Source of the DNA: Bacteroidia bacterium
GTDB taxonomy: Bacteria; Bacteroidota; Bacteroidia; J057
Length of the DNA: 64,000 nucleotides
Direction of reading: 5' to 3'
Assembly (NCBI GenBank): GCA_965263105.1
Contig: CBDHGL010000006.1
Coordinates: 143,196 to 207,195 of the forward strand
Under the pieces are notes generated by a model that ran no database searches, was not told where the DNA came from, and saw only the letters and a program-made list of their open reading frames with translations. This document shows positions 8,230-19,500 of the stretch, in pieces. Both the position numbers and the translations under genes were made by a program. Position 1 is the stretch's first letter. Each line of letters starts with the position of its first letter.

Positions 8230-9615
8230 TCACAATTCTCCCACCATTTTTGCGGGATCCACCAAAGAATCATACTCTGAGGGAGTCAATATGCCCAATT
8301 TCTCTGCAGCTTCCTTCAATGTGGAGTTATCTGCATAGGCCGTTTTTGCAATTTTGGCGGCTTTGTCATACCCTATGTGTGTATTCAAGGCTGTGACCAA
8401 CATCAGCGATTTATTGAGCTGGTCATTAATACGCTCATAATTGGGTTCTATACCTACAGCCAAGTTGTTGTTGAAGGATTCGCAGGCATCGCCGAGTAAT
8501 TTGGCAGAATTGAGCAGATTGAAAATCATCATCGGCTTGAAAACATTCAACTGGAAGTGTCCATGAGATCCCGCAACGGCTATAGCTGTATCATTTCCTA
8601 AGACCTGTGCACAGACCATGGTCAATGCTTCTGCTTGGGTTGGATTCACCTTCCCAGGCATAATTGAGGACCCTGGTTCATTTGCAGGGATAATGATTTC
8701 CCCTATTCCACTCCTTGGACCAGAAGCCAACAGCCGGATATTATTACCGATGGTCATTAGGCTCACGGCTAGACGTTTCAGAGCCCCAGAGGTCTCCACT
8801 ATAGCATCATGAGCTGAAAGAGCTTCAAACTTATTCTCAGCACTCACAAAGGGATGCCCCGTCAATTCAGCGATTTTTTCAGCCACATGGTTAGCATAGC
8901 CTTTGGGAGTATTGAGCCCTGTACCTACAGCCGTCCCCCCCAAAGCCAACTCGGCTAGGTGGGGCAAGGTGTTTTCAAGGGCCTCCAAGCCCTTACGCAA
9001 TTGGGTGGCATAACCAGAAAATTCCTGCCCCAGAGTGAGAGGGGTAGCATCCATCAAATGGGTCCGACCAATCTTAACCACTTCCCAAAATTCTTGGGCC
9101 TTCTTAACCAGCGTATCGTGGAGCAATTCGATCTTGGGGAAGGTCTCAGAAACCAACAAATGATAGGCTGCTATGTGCATCGCCGTAGGGAACGTGTCAT
9201 TGGACGATTGCGATTTATTGACATCATCATTGGGATGGATGAGTTTACTTCCTATTTCCCCCCCCTTTAATTCAGTAGCTCGGTTGGCGATAACCTCATT
9301 GACATTCATATTGGATTGAGTTCCAGAACCCGTTTGCCAAACAACGAGTGGAAAATGCTCATCTAATTTACCTGCCAGTATTTCTTCACACACCTGAGCA
9401 ATCAAGTCTGCTTTTTCTTTTGGAAAATCCGTCAACGAGGCATTTGTAAGGGCCGCCGCTTTTTTCAGATAGGCAAAGCCTCTTATTACTTCCATGGGCA
9501 TCTTTTGCCCTCCAATTCTAAAGTTTTGGATAGAGCGTTGTGTTTGGGCTCCCCAGTATTTGTCTGCAGGGACTTGAACGTCCCCCATTGTGTCTTTTTC
9601 AATGCGATACTTCAT
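8230..9615 (-). CDS. fumC: Fumarate hydratase, class II
   Basis: [28 protein letters not shown] is the FumC N-terminus. The [17 protein letters not shown] lyase signature is present. The start was moved to the ATG at 9615 because the 43-codon upstream extension in the ORF track has no homology-like content. Confidence 0.9.
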   Translation of the reverse strand: MKYRIEKDTMGDVQVPADKYWGAQTQRSIQNFRIGGQKMPMEVIRGFAYLKKAAALTNASLTDFPKEKADLIAQVCEEILAGKLDEHFPLVVWQTGSGTQSNMNVNEVIANRATELKGGEIGSKLIHPNDDVNKSQSSNDTFPTAMHIAAYHLLVSETFPKIELLHDTLVKKAQEFWEVVKIGRTHLMDATPLTLGQEFSGYATQLRKGLEALENTLPHLAELALGGTAVGTGLNTPKGYANHVAEKIAELTGHPFVSAENKFEALSAHDAIVETSGALKRLAVSLMTIGNNIRLLASGPRSGIGEIIIPANEPGSSIMPGKVNPTQAEALTMVCAQVLGNDTAIAVAGSHGHFQLNVFKPMMIFNLLNSAKLLGDACESFNNNLAVGIEPNYERINDQLNKSLMLVTALNTHIGYDKAAKIAKTAYADNSTLKEAAEKLGILTPSEYDSLVDPAKMVGEL

Positions 9616-9781
9616 ATAGCGAAGGTAGGGATATTGCAGTAAATTGTCCAGGGTTTGAGGGGCGAGGAGATAGGAGTGAGTGTTGTAAATACAAATTTTA
9701 TTATTCTCTCCCCTCCTACTCGCACCTAAATAACGATAGGCCACCGACTATCGACCCTTACCCCCTTTTCCCCTTCCTCAT

Positions 9782-9812
9782 TTGTCCCCGAACATAATTC
9801 TATTTACCTTTG
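9782..9812 (+). promoter_or_regulatory. Candidate sigma-A promoter for guaB (TTG-N20-TACCTTTG)
   Basis: TTG lies at 9782-9784 and a TAnnTTTG match at 9805-9812. The ATG is at 9845. Confidence 0.4.
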
Positions 9813-9844
9813 TTCTGCAAGTATCCACCCATTAGATATTTGCA

Positions 9845-11362
9845 ATGAATCCTCAAAATTCCCTGATTTCTAACGGTACAGTTGCCCCCTCTCATGGAAG
9901 TGAAAAAATACTTCTGGAGGGCCTCACCTATGACGATGTTCTTTTGGTTCCAGACCATTCAGAAGTCCTCCCAAGGGAGGTAGACACCCATAGCTATCTC
10001 ACGCGGGATATACGACTAAATTTGCCGATTATTAGTGCCGCAATGGATACGGTTACTGAGCATCGTATGGCTATAGCTATGGCTGCTAATGGAGGTCTGG
10101 GCATCATCCATAAGAACATGTCCATCGAGCAGCAAGCGGAGGAGGTTCGCCGAGTAAAACGCTCAGAAAGTGGAATGATCGTCGATCCTATCACCCTTAA
10201 GGTAGACAATACCCTGACTGAGGCGGATATTATCATGCGCGAACATCGCATTGGAGGTATTCCCATTCAGGATCAGGAGGGACGGCTAGTAGGGATTCTT
10301 ACCAATCGGGATATGCGCTTTGAGAAGCCAGATGATCGAAAGGTAGCGGATATCATGACCAAAGAAAATCTTATTACCGCTCCAGAAGGGACTACCTTAG
10401 AAGAAGCTGAAGATATTCTCCGCAAGCACAAGATTGAGAAGCTCCCAGTCGTAGATAAAAGCTTTAAACTTGTTGGCCTTATTACTTACAGAGACATTAT
10501 TAAGAAGCTGACCTTCCCCAACGCCTGTAAAGATTCCCTGGGACGCTTGAGGGTAGGTGCAGCGGTTGGTGTTTCTTCTGATACCGTGGAGCGGATAAAG
10601 GCCTTACAAACAGCCGGTGTTGACGTCATTACAATTGATACGGCCCATGGCCATTCTGCAGGTGTTCTTCGCACGATTCGGACGATAAGAGACACCTTCC
10701 CCGATCTACAAATCATCGGAGGAAATGTAGCCACCTATGGTGGAACTGAAGCCCTGATTGAAGCAGGAGTAGATGCCGTGAAGGTGGGCGTGGGACCGGG
10801 AAGTATCTGTACGACCCGAGTCATCGCCGGTGTGGGCATGCCCCAACTATCAGCTGTTATGGAAGCCGTTCGGGCTGCTGCTCCTAAAGGGATACCCGTT
10901 ATCGCAGATGGAGGGATAAAATATTCTGGCGATATGGTCAAAGCCTTGGTAGCTGGTGCAAACGTAGTCATGGTGGGAGGACTTCTAGCCGGAACCGATG
11001 AAAGTCCTGGAGAAACAATTTTATACGAGGGAAGAAAATTCAAAACCTATCGGGGAATGGGCTCTATCGAAGCGATGAAGGATGGCAGCAAGGACCGCTA
11101 TTTCCAAGATGTAGAATCAGACATCAAAAAACTCGTTCCCGAGGGGATCGTAGGGAGAGTAGCCTATAAAGGAAAGGTTTCCGAAGTACTCTATCAGATG
11201 GAAGGAGGGCTAAGAGCTGGCATGGGATACTCAGGAGCAGCAGATATTTCTTCCTTGCAGCAAAAGCTCTTTGTCCGCATTACCAATGCGGGCCTACGGG
11301 AAAGCCATCCTCATGATGTTCAAATCGTAAAGGAAGCGCCTAATTATTCTAAGAGGAGTTGA
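9845..11362 (+). CDS. guaB: IMP dehydrogenase
   Basis: [12 protein letters not shown] is present near the N-terminus, followed by a CBS pair. The catalytic loop [13 protein letters not shown] and the motif GGIKYSGD are both present. Confidence 0.92.
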   Translation: MNPQNSLISNGTVAPSHGSEKILLEGLTYDDVLLVPDHSEVLPREVDTHSYLTRDIRLNLPIISAAMDTVTEHRMAIAMAANGGLGIIHKNMSIEQQAEEVRRVKRSESGMIVDPITLKVDNTLTEADIIMREHRIGGIPIQDQEGRLVGILTNRDMRFEKPDDRKVADIMTKENLITAPEGTTLEEAEDILRKHKIEKLPVVDKSFKLVGLITYRDIIKKLTFPNACKDSLGRLRVGAAVGVSSDTVERIKALQTAGVDVITIDTAHGHSAGVLRTIRTIRDTFPDLQIIGGNVATYGGTEALIEAGVDAVKVGVGPGSICTTRVIAGVGMPQLSAVMEAVRAAAPKGIPVIADGGIKYSGDMVKALVAGANVVMVGGLLAGTDESPGETILYEGRKFKTYRGMGSIEAMKDGSKDRYFQDVESDIKKLVPEGIVGRVAYKGKVSEVLYQMEGGLRAGMGYSGAADISSLQQKLFVRITNAGLRESHPHDVQIVKEAPNYSKRS

Positions 11363-11488
11363 GGGAGAGTTTCATAGTCCTTTCCATGATTTGAGGAGTG
11401 GGGTACAAGGAGACAGGCGTGCGCATTGTGATGAGGTATTTGACAATTCTCTCACTTATAAGCCTGTAGTCTGTGGACTATTAAGCTA

Positions 11489-12148
11489 CTAAATCGCCCC
11501 TGGACTATCTTTACTGGATAGAGACACATGGAGATGATCCCCCGTTCCATGATGTCTCAGGGTGTTAAAGCCGAGTAAATAAAAATAAGTTTTCAAAAGG
11601 GTATTCCGTATTTCGCCTCTCCCTTTGGTCCGCAAATCCATTGCATGAACGTATCCAGAAGACTGTTTGTAATGAAGGGAGTTCTTTTTGGATTTCAAGC
11701 CCATCTTTTTGTAATCTTCAGGTACTCGGGCGCCGTCTGTAATCATTAAATTCCCATCTAGCCACACCCAAGTACCCACCGCCATTCGGAGAAAGGGGTG
11801 TAAATCCCTGTATTCCTGCTGGATTTTTTCCGATTTTGCATTTTCCCCAGAAAGGTTGAATAGCGTCATTCCAACGTAGCCCAAAACCAGAATACCTACC
11901 ACCCATTTCTGTACACGGACTGACTTGCGATTGAGGCTATTGGGGCCGGCCAGCCAATCCCACAACATGAGGGTCATCAGTAAAACCACGAAAAATACGA
12001 CAAGGCTCATTCCTGCAATTGCCAGCCATTCATTCCAATGGTACTGCTCATGTAGCCAAATATTGCCTCTCAAAAATAAGGCAAAGGGAAAGCCCAGGAA
12101 TAAAAAAACCTTAGCCAGAAATCCCAAGACCTTAAATATTCGCTTCAT
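11489..12148 (-). CDS. Membrane protein with C-terminal LAS/M15-like metallopeptidase-type motifs (tentative)
   Basis: There are three or four N-terminal TM helices. The C-terminal SLHYKQSSGYVHAMDL ... GDHLHVSL resembles the H..G.A.D / H.H zinc ligand pattern of VanY/M15-type domains. Confidence 0.35.
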   Translation of the reverse strand: MKRIFKVLGFLAKVFLFLGFPFALFLRGNIWLHEQYHWNEWLAIAGMSLVVFFVVLLMTLMLWDWLAGPNSLNRKSVRVQKWVVGILVLGYVGMTLFNLSGENAKSEKIQQEYRDLHPFLRMAVGTWVWLDGNLMITDGARVPEDYKKMGLKSKKNSLHYKQSSGYVHAMDLRTKGRGEIRNTLLKTYFYLLGFNTLRHHGTGDHLHVSLSSKDSPGAI

Positions 12149-12271
12149 TTTTTCGGAAAATATAAATAAATTAAAGAAGGACTATACCACTACCTCTATC
12201 AAAGACGCTGGAAATGAGCAAAAGTTTAGATTAGAGGCATTACCATCTTTGTTTACGCTAAACCGATTGGC

Positions 12272-12490
12272 ATGAAAAATCTACCACATTCTTTCAATTT
12301 ACGTGAAGACCTCATCCATTTTTATCAAAATTCATCCGGCTTATCAAAAGGGCTATTTCTCATAGCAAGTTTTTCCCTCCTTTTCCTTACCGCTTATCTT
12401 CTATATTCCATTTATCCCGTTCTTTCCCAGATGCTAGATCAAGTTGTTTCCGCTGACTATAGCACATCAATTATTCAAGTTGGCAGATAA
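12272..12490 (+). CDS. Small single-TM hypothetical protein
   Basis: The 72-aa ORF has one clear hydrophobic helix (GLFLIASFSLLFLTAYLLYSIYPVL). No recognisable family was seen. Confidence 0.3.
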   Translation: MKNLPHSFNLREDLIHFYQNSSGLSKGLFLIASFSLLFLTAYLLYSIYPVLSQMLDQVVSADYSTSIIQVGR

Positions 12491-12577
12491 GCTGTGCCAT
12501 ATATACCTTTTGATTAAAGAAGGAAAAATTATTAGCTTAGTAAACTAATTTACTTGGTTTTTTTGTGTCTAGGTGCA

Positions 12578-12871
12578 ATGGAGGAGATTCTTCAGGGTTT
12601 TCGCGTTTCTCAAAAGAAAGTTTCCACACTGGAACAATCCATTCTGCATTTGCAGACACAAAAGCGTACATTGACAAATGAATTGGATCTCTTAAAGCAG
12701 GAATTGGCCGAAAAAGAACAACAAATAACTCTTTTGACGGAAAAGTACGAGGCCGCCAAATTGGCAAAGGAGATAAATTCCTCTTCAGATCATACAGAAT
12801 TAATAGCAAAAATTGATAAATACTTAAAAGAAATAGATATTTGCTTACGATATTTTGGTGTGCAGGATTAA
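12578..12871 (+). CDS. Coiled-coil protein upstream of zapA (ZapB-like by position, not by sequence)
   Basis: A heptad-rich stretch LEQSILHLQTQKRTLTNELDLLKQELAEKEQQITLLTEKYEAAKLAKE is present. The ATG at 12578 is preferred over the TTG at 12554. The gene lies 21 nt upstream of zapA. Confidence 0.5.
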   Translation: MEEILQGFRVSQKKVSTLEQSILHLQTQKRTLTNELDLLKQELAEKEQQITLLTEKYEAAKLAKEINSSSDHTELIAKIDKYLKEIDICLRYFGVQD

Positions 12872-12892
12872 TATGGCACGAAGTAAAGCGAG

Positions 12893-13195
12893 TTGGAAAA
12901 GCACTCAATTAATATAAATATTTTGGGAAGGCAGTTCCCAGCTACCGTAGATAGTAGAGAAGCTGAAGTGATTCAGGATGCAGCAAAGATGATCAATAAC
13001 AAGCTACGGAGCTACAAGCTTGAGTATTCCTCTCAGGATGATTTAGATATAGCCCTTATGTGTTGTCTTGAAATTATGACCGAATTTCTCACCTATAAGG
13101 TCCAAGACACACGCGGTTTCGCCCAAGTGAGGGAGGAACTAGATCAGTTGAATGAACAATTAGATCAAACCCTACAGCTATTTCAAAAATCCTGA
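12893..13195 (+). CDS. zapA: Cell division protein ZapA
   Basis: ININILGRQFPATVDSREAEVIQDAAKMINNKLRSY...DLDIALMCCLEI is the ZapA pattern. Only a TTG start is available in this frame because a stop lies at 12884. Confidence 0.7.
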   Translation: MEKHSININILGRQFPATVDSREAEVIQDAAKMINNKLRSYKLEYSSQDDLDIALMCCLEIMTEFLTYKVQDTRGFAQVREELDQLNEQLDQTLQLFQKS

Positions 13196-13271
13196 ATTTT
13201 CTTCGCTTCCGGCTATATTTTCCTAAGGCGTACACCATTTCATTTGGTATAACCCTTAAGATGAGGATTTC

Positions 13272-14864
13272 ATGGAATCAATTGATTTATTAATCGGGGC
13301 TGGCGCCCTGGTAGTTGGCATCATAATAGGATTTGTCATCAATAGATTTGTACTGGTCCAGGCCAATAACAAGATGATGGAAAATGCAAAAATCAAGGCC
13401 GACAGTGTACTGGAGCAAGCAGAACTCAAGGCCGAAAATATTAAGCAGGAAAAAATTGCCAAAGCCAACGAAAAATACCAACACTTAAAAAGCAAGTTTG
13501 AGAAGAACGCCAAGGTTCAAAAAGAAAAGCTCGATACCCTTCAAAACAAATTGAAGCAGCGTGAGAGCTCTTTGACGAGTCAAACGGATAAGATGCGGAA
13601 TAAGGAACAAAAGCTTCAAGCCAATCAGGTGGAGGTTGACAAAATCAAAGAAAATTTAGAAAAACAACTGTCTATTATTGGCAAGAAATCTCAGGACTTA
13701 GATGCACTCAGGCAAAAGCAGGTGGCTGAATTAGAAAAAATTGCTGGGCTTACTCCGGAAGAAGCGAAAGCAAATATGATAGAGGCCTTGCGTCAAGAGG
13801 CAGAAACAGAAGCTTCTGCTTTTATCAAGGACAAATTTGAGGAGGCTAAACTCACCGCTACAAAGGCAGCTAAAAAATTAATCATTGAAACCATTCAGCG
13901 TACTGCAGCTGAAAATGCCATTGAAAATACGGTAACGGTCTTCCCTTTGGAAAATGATGAAATCAAGGGGCGTATTATCGGCCGAGAGGGACGGAATATC
14001 CGTGCGCTGGAGATGGCTACAGGGATAGAGATAATTGTAGATGATACCCCTGAGGCCATCATTCTTTCAGGCTTTGATCCGGTGCGTCGGGAAGTAGCCA
14101 GGCTCTCTCTGCATAAACTTGTTACTGATGGCCGTATCCATCCTGCGCGTATTGAGGAGGTAGTCAAAAAGACTACCCGAATTATCGAAGAGGAAATTGT
14201 AGAAATTGGCGAACGTACAGTCATCGACCTGGGTATCCACGGCTTACGTCCCGAATTGATCCGCTTGGTGGGAAGGATGAAATATCGGTCTTCATACGGA
14301 CAGAACCTCCTCAAACATTCAAGAGAGGTAGCAAACCTGTGCGCTATTATGTCGGCTGAGTTAGGCTTAGATATCAAAAAGGCCAAGCGCGCAGGTCTTC
14401 TCCATGATATCGGGAAGGTCGCAGAAGAACACAATGACCTTCCCCATGCTCTCCTTGGAATGGAACTCGCTAAGAAGTTTGGTGAGCCTTCAGATGTTTG
14501 TAACGCCATTGGTGCTCACCACGACGAAATCGAAATGACGGCCCTGATCTCTCCTATCGTTCAAGCCTGCGACGCCATTAGTGGTTCCAGGCCCGGGGCC
14601 AGAAGGGAAATTGTAGAAAGCTATATCCAACGCTTGAAAGAATTAGAAGAGCTGGCCCTTTCTTATCCAGGGGTCATGAAAACTTTTGCCATTCAAGCGG
14701 GTAGGGAGTTGCGTGTAATTGTTGAATCCGAAAAGGTGAGCGATGACAATGCTGATCAGTTAGCCTTCGATATATCCCAAAAGATTCAAAAGGATATGCA
14801 ATATCCTGGACACATAAAAGTAACTGTCATTAGAGAAAAGCGTTCTGTCGCTTTTGCTAAATAA
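13272..14864 (+). CDS. rny: Ribonuclease Y
   Basis: The product has an N-terminal TM helix, a long coiled coil, a KH motif ([23 protein letters not shown]) and an HD domain (LLHDIGK...GAHHDE). Confidence 0.92.
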   Translation: MESIDLLIGAGALVVGIIIGFVINRFVLVQANNKMMENAKIKADSVLEQAELKAENIKQEKIAKANEKYQHLKSKFEKNAKVQKEKLDTLQNKLKQRESSLTSQTDKMRNKEQKLQANQVEVDKIKENLEKQLSIIGKKSQDLDALRQKQVAELEKIAGLTPEEAKANMIEALRQEAETEASAFIKDKFEEAKLTATKAAKKLIIETIQRTAAENAIENTVTVFPLENDEIKGRIIGREGRNIRALEMATGIEIIVDDTPEAIILSGFDPVRREVARLSLHKLVTDGRIHPARIEEVVKKTTRIIEEEIVEIGERTVIDLGIHGLRPELIRLVGRMKYRSSYGQNLLKHSREVANLCAIMSAELGLDIKKAKRAGLLHDIGKVAEEHNDLPHALLGMELAKKFGEPSDVCNAIGAHHDEIEMTALISPIVQACDAISGSRPGARREIVESYIQRLKELEELALSYPGVMKTFAIQAGRELRVIVESEKVSDDNADQLAFDISQKIQKDMQYPGHIKVTVIREKRSVAFAK

Positions 14865-14880
14865 TTCGTAATCGCTTAGC

Positions 14881-15993
14881 ATGTTTGGGAAGAAGTCTTC
14901 ACGTATCACCCAAGAGAAGGTTCTGGCAGCCCTTTCTCATGTAGAGGATCCAGACCTGAAGAAAGATTTGGTCACACTGGGCATGATCCGAGATTTACAG
15001 ATCAATGGAAAACACATTAGTTTCTCAGTGGTACTGACTACTCCCGCCTGTCCAATGAAGGACATGATACACAATGCCTGTGTCAATGCAGTAAAATTAA
15101 TGGTGGATCAGGAAGCTCAGGTTGAAGTCAATATGACCGCGGAGGTGAGCTCAACACAAAACCATCCCCAACTACCATCTGTCAAAAATGTTATTGCTAT
15201 TTCGTCTGGCAAAGGAGGAGTAGGCAAGTCTACCATAGCGGCGAACTTAGCCGTAGCCTTGGCAAACACAGGGGCAAAAGTAGGGCTGTTGGATGCCGAC
15301 ATCTATGGCCCGAGCATGCCGATCATGTTTGGTTTTGCTCAGGAAAGGCCTGTGATGGAAAAAATAGAGGGGAGAGATCTCCTGGTCCCCTTTGAGCGAC
15401 ATGGCGTTAAGTTGATGTCTATTGGCGTACTCGTACGTCCTGAGCAAGCCATCGTCTGGCGGGGTCCTATGGCTTCTAAAGCCTTACAGCAAATGATCTT
15501 TGATACCCATTGGGGAGAAATTGACTACTTGCTAATCGATTTGCCCCCAGGTACAGGGGATGTCCACCTAACCCTGGTTCAAGCGCTACCTGTTACAGGA
15601 GCTGTGGTGATCACTACCCCACAAAAAGTGGCTGTGTCAGATGCCCGGAAAGGGGCTGAAATGTTTCGCTCCCCCCAGATAGAAGTCCCTATCTTGGGAG
15701 TCATAGAAAATATGTCCTTTTTCATTCCAGATGATGCCCCTGAGAAACGGTATCCCATTTTTGGTTCTGGTGGGGGAAAGGAATTGGCGGAAGCCTTGGG
15801 AGTTCCTCTCCTGGGGCAGATCCCCCTTAGACAGGCGATTGGGGAAAATGCAGACCAGGGGAAACCTGTTACAGTTTATGCCGATAGTACACTAGGCAAG
15901 GCCTATGAAGAGGTGTCTCAGGTATTAGCCCAACAGGTTGCTATACGCAATGCCAATTTCCCCCGTACAGAACAAGTAAAAATGGACCGCTAA
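14881..15993 (+). CDS. apbC: Mrp/NBP35-family Fe-S cluster carrier ATPase
   Basis: The N-terminus is DUF59-like (VEDPDLKKDLVTLGMI). The P-loop SGKGGVGKST and the motif DLPPGTGD are present. Confidence 0.88.
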   Translation: MFGKKSSRITQEKVLAALSHVEDPDLKKDLVTLGMIRDLQINGKHISFSVVLTTPACPMKDMIHNACVNAVKLMVDQEAQVEVNMTAEVSSTQNHPQLPSVKNVIAISSGKGGVGKSTIAANLAVALANTGAKVGLLDADIYGPSMPIMFGFAQERPVMEKIEGRDLLVPFERHGVKLMSIGVLVRPEQAIVWRGPMASKALQQMIFDTHWGEIDYLLIDLPPGTGDVHLTLVQALPVTGAVVITTPQKVAVSDARKGAEMFRSPQIEVPILGVIENMSFFIPDDAPEKRYPIFGSGGGKELAEALGVPLLGQIPLRQAIGENADQGKPVTVYADSTLGKAYEEVSQVLAQQVAIRNANFPRTEQVKMDR

Positions 15994-16071
15994 AAGACAT
16001 TATGCTAACTCTTCTGGGTAGGCTTCGTATCTATTTTGGGGACTGAATCAATTTTATTACCTTCATACATA

Positions 16072-16326
16072 ATGGCTCAAGAAGTTTTGATACAAAAGAT
16101 AGAACGGGCGCTAGACTCCATCCGGGAATACCTTCAGACTGATGGAGGGGATGTGCGTGTCCACCAAATTCGCGAAGATATGGTGGTAGAAGTAGAATTG
16201 CTGGGAAATTGCGAAGCTTGTAGCATGAGTGAAATGACCCTCAAAGCGGGTATAGAGCAAGTTATCAAAAAAATAGCCCCTGAGATTATCTCTGTTGAAG
16301 CGGTGCAACCTCAGATCAATCCCTGA
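16072..16326 (+). CDS. NifU C-terminal-domain (Nfu-type) Fe-S scaffold protein
   Basis: IRE.LQTDGGDV...VELLGNCEACSMSEMTLKAGIE contains the CxxC motif. The ATG at 16072 is preferred. Confidence 0.8.
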   Translation: MAQEVLIQKIERALDSIREYLQTDGGDVRVHQIREDMVVEVELLGNCEACSMSEMTLKAGIEQVIKKIAPEIISVEAVQPQINP

Positions 16327-16358
16327 TTCCATTTTCTTCACATTTATTTCCAAAAAAT

Positions 16359-16385
16359 AAAGGGGGAAAGCCACATTCCCCCTTT
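16359..16385. terminator. Hairpin between the convergent nfu-like and hybrid sensor genes
   Basis: A 9-bp stem pairs AAAGGGGGA (16359-16367) with TCCCCCTTT (16377-16385). The A-rich run on the plus-strand 5' side gives a U-tract only on the minus strand. Confidence 0.5.
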
Positions 16386-16576
16386 GCAAAGTATTCAGAC
16401 ACAGCGTGTCAGACAGGCGCTAAATTTTTGCAGCTGTTCAGGTCAATTGCAACTCGATGTGTAATTCAAGTATAAGTCCTAAACTCAAGAGTAAATATCA
16501 CCTTTTGGGGAGGATTTGAATAGGAGAAATGTTCCAAATACTAAGAAATATGTTCCAGGGACATATTATCTGCCAA

Positions 16577-19500
16577 TTATCCTGGTTTTCTTAAAGAGTT
16601 GCGCGTATCTGAAGGCTTTTCCTTAAACTCCTCCGAATACATCTTACTGAAATAGGAGGGATCTGAAAACCCTACACCAAAAGCAATTTGGGAAATAGCT
16701 TCCTTTGAATGAATTAGCATTTGACGAGCTCTTGTTAGTCGAATTTTCCGAATCATCTGGGTAGTAGATAGACCTGTTAGGACCTTGAGTTTCCGGTGGA
16801 GCTGTGTACGGCTAACTCCCACATCTTTGCATATATCATCTACCCCCAAATCGGGGTCCTCTAGCGAAGCTTCTATTACTTTTCCGACTTTTTCTAGAAA
16901 CAAATCTTCGGGGCTTACAGATGACAGTTTTGTTGTATGCGGGAAAAATTGGTATTTCTTCCTTAAGGTGTTTCTCAGTTCTACCAACTTTTTTATTCGT
17001 GTCAGCAGTTCTTCCTTATCTAGGGGTTTACCCAAATAGGCGTCTGCGCCATATGCAAGGCCTTCAATTTTAGAGGCTTGATCAACTCTAGCAGTTAATA
17101 AGATAATGGGTATATGACTGGTTCTCTCGTCTTTCTTCAGGGCTTCACAAACGTCCATTCCGCTTGCTTCTGGCATCATCACATCACTAATAACAATATC
17201 GGGAACACTTTCTATGGCCTTTTGTATGCCTTGTTTCCCATTCTCCGCGAATTCCACCCGGAAGATGGGGGAAAGCAATTTTCGAAGAAAAAAACGCACA
17301 TCTGCACTATCCTCAATGATCAACACCAATAAGTCTTCGTTGTTTCCTTCGGAATCGAATGAAGGAGCAGGGACAGATGTTCGCAAAGACTGATGATAGA
17401 GGTTGTCTTGGGGGGTGAGATCCCCATCCTCCAGGGGTGCTGCCTTTAGGGTAATGGGTAACTCAACAAAAAATGTACTGCCCTCATTTACCATACTTTT
17501 CACCCATATTTTCCCGCCCATCAGATGGACCAGCTCCTGTGTAAGGGCAAGCCCGATACCTGTCCCCCCCGCATCCGAAGACAAAGAATTGGCTGCCTGG
17601 TAATAGCGATCAAAAACAAAAGGTATGCGTTCTGCATCAATTCCCACCCCCGAATCCTGGACAGAAATAAGCAGTGTATGAGGTTTTTTTTCTTTGGCAA
17701 CTACCTTGATCCAACCAGATTTAGGAGTGAATTTCAGGGCATTTGATAGGAGGTTGGAAAGGACTGTCAAGACCTTATCCGCGTCAAAGTCTAACATTAC
17801 TGCATCTGTTTCTGGGGTAAAGACCAGAGAAATCTCTTTGCTCCGGGCAAAAGAGCGGAAGGAATCTGTAATGTAGCCTATGTAAGGAATAATATCGGCC
17901 TGTTTGAGAACAAGTGGCATGCCTCCTTCTTCCAGTCGAGCCAAATCCAGAATCTGATTGATCAAATTCAGAATCTTTTGGGTATTATAATTAACCACCC
18001 GTGTGTGATCCTGAATCTCGTCGGAGTCCTCATACCGCTCCTCCAGCAGTTGATTCATTCCATTGATGATCGTTAGTGGAGTACGGATTTCATGGGTAAT
18101 GTCAGTATAAAGTTGTTTCCTGATTCTATCGATTTCCAAGACTTTTTCTGCCTCCGCCTGACGCAACTTAATGGCTAGCTGGTTTTTGTAAATTAACCAA
18201 ACCAGGAATATTCCCACGATTACATAGGCAATCCAAGCATAGATATTCCACCACCATGGAGGCAAGATGCGAATGATAAGTTGATCTTCGACTTCCGCTG
18301 AAAATTCACCTCTACTGGTCCGGCCTTGAACTCGAAACGTATAGGTCCCTGGACTTAAGTTGGTATAGGTAGCTTCATTTTTGTTCCCAGCCAACTGCCA
18401 GGATTTATCAAAATTTTCTAGGATATACCGATAGACATTTTGGGTAGGTGAATCATAATCAAGTAAAGAGAATACCAATTTAAGGGCCCTTTGATGATGG
18501 CTGAGGGTAATCTTAGCAGTATGTAAAAGAGATCGTTGTAAAAGGCTATCTGAATCCCCTACTCTTAGGCGATTATTTTGAACCCATAACTCTGTTAGGA
18601 AAATATTGGGTTTTTCAGCTACAATGCTCCCTATGCTGTCTGGAAAAAAATGGTTAAGGCCTTCTCTACTACCAAAAATAAAGCCCTTATCTGGAGTACA
18701 AATACACGAATTCCAATTAAAGGCATCTGTAAGCAGGCCATCCTCCTCAAAATATATCTGTGTTTCCCCTGACTCGGGCCTTATCCGAGTAATACCCAGG
18801 TTGTCCGTACTCACCCATATATCTCCAGAAGAATCTTCTAGTATGCACGTAATATAACCATGGGCAAGGGCCTCCGTTTCTTTGCGGTGGGAGAATTTTT
18901 CCTCCTTGGGATCATAGGTAAGCAATCCACTTTTAGATCCTATCCAAATCATTCCCCGACTGTCCTCAAGAAGGGTGTTTATCTCATTGGTGGGCAAGGT
19001 GCTGGAATCTCTGGGGTCATAATAGAAATGCCTAAAATAGAGAGAGTCGGCGTGCTTCTTTTCTTGCTCTTCAGGTGTTAAAAGAAACATACCTCTATCA
19101 GAAACAATCCATAGATTCGACCGGCTATCGTATAACAAATCATTGTTATTTTCCCCAGTAAATCCCTGTAAATGCTCCGATGTATTGGGAATTTCAAAAT
19201 ATTCTTGGGTCTTCTCATCGAAGCGAAAAAGGCTACTACGTGTAGCTATCCACAAGTAATCACGACTTCCTCGAATGATATCCATGAAGGTCAACAAAGA
19301 ATCTACCTGCATTTCTCTCCATGGAATGGGCAATTCTGAGATAAGATGCGTTTGGGGATGGATTTTAAATAAGCGACTATTCCCCCAGGGACCAGCATAG
19401 ATATTCCCGGATTTCCCTAGGGCTACAGAATAAAAATTTCCTTCTATAAGGCGCTTTGGAGGCAAATTTGGCGTAGAAAAATATATCCCGTTCTCCAAAG

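Noticed and set aside
9616-9744. 43-codon N-terminal extension of fumC in the ORF track ([16 protein letters not shown]...)
   Set aside because: FumC homologues begin at the [11 protein letters not shown]-type sequence. The extension has no homology-like content and would consume the divergent promoter region.
9994-11043. Three antisense ORFs (90, 82 and 102 aa) inside guaB
   Set aside because: They lie entirely within, and opposite to, a confidently identified IMP dehydrogenase gene. Their translations are Pro/Ser/Thr/Ala-rich low-complexity sequences typical of antisense frames. No motifs were seen.
13196-13271. Possible 6S RNA (ssrS) downstream of zapA, as in E. coli
   Set aside because: The zapA-rny gap is only 76 nt, far too short for a ~180-nt 6S RNA. 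No long imperfect helix is visible.
13895-14509. 204-aa antisense ORF inside rny
   Set aside because: It overlaps the KH/HD region of RNase Y on the opposite strand. The Ser/Arg/Ile-rich composition has no recognisable domain, and the ORF has no independent start context.
16390-16576. Possible small gene or RNA in the 250-bp convergent gap (repeat ATGTTCCA occurs twice; 21-codon ORF)
   Set aside because: There is only an 8-nt repeat and a tiny ORF with no terminator or promoter signature of its own. The evidence is insufficient.
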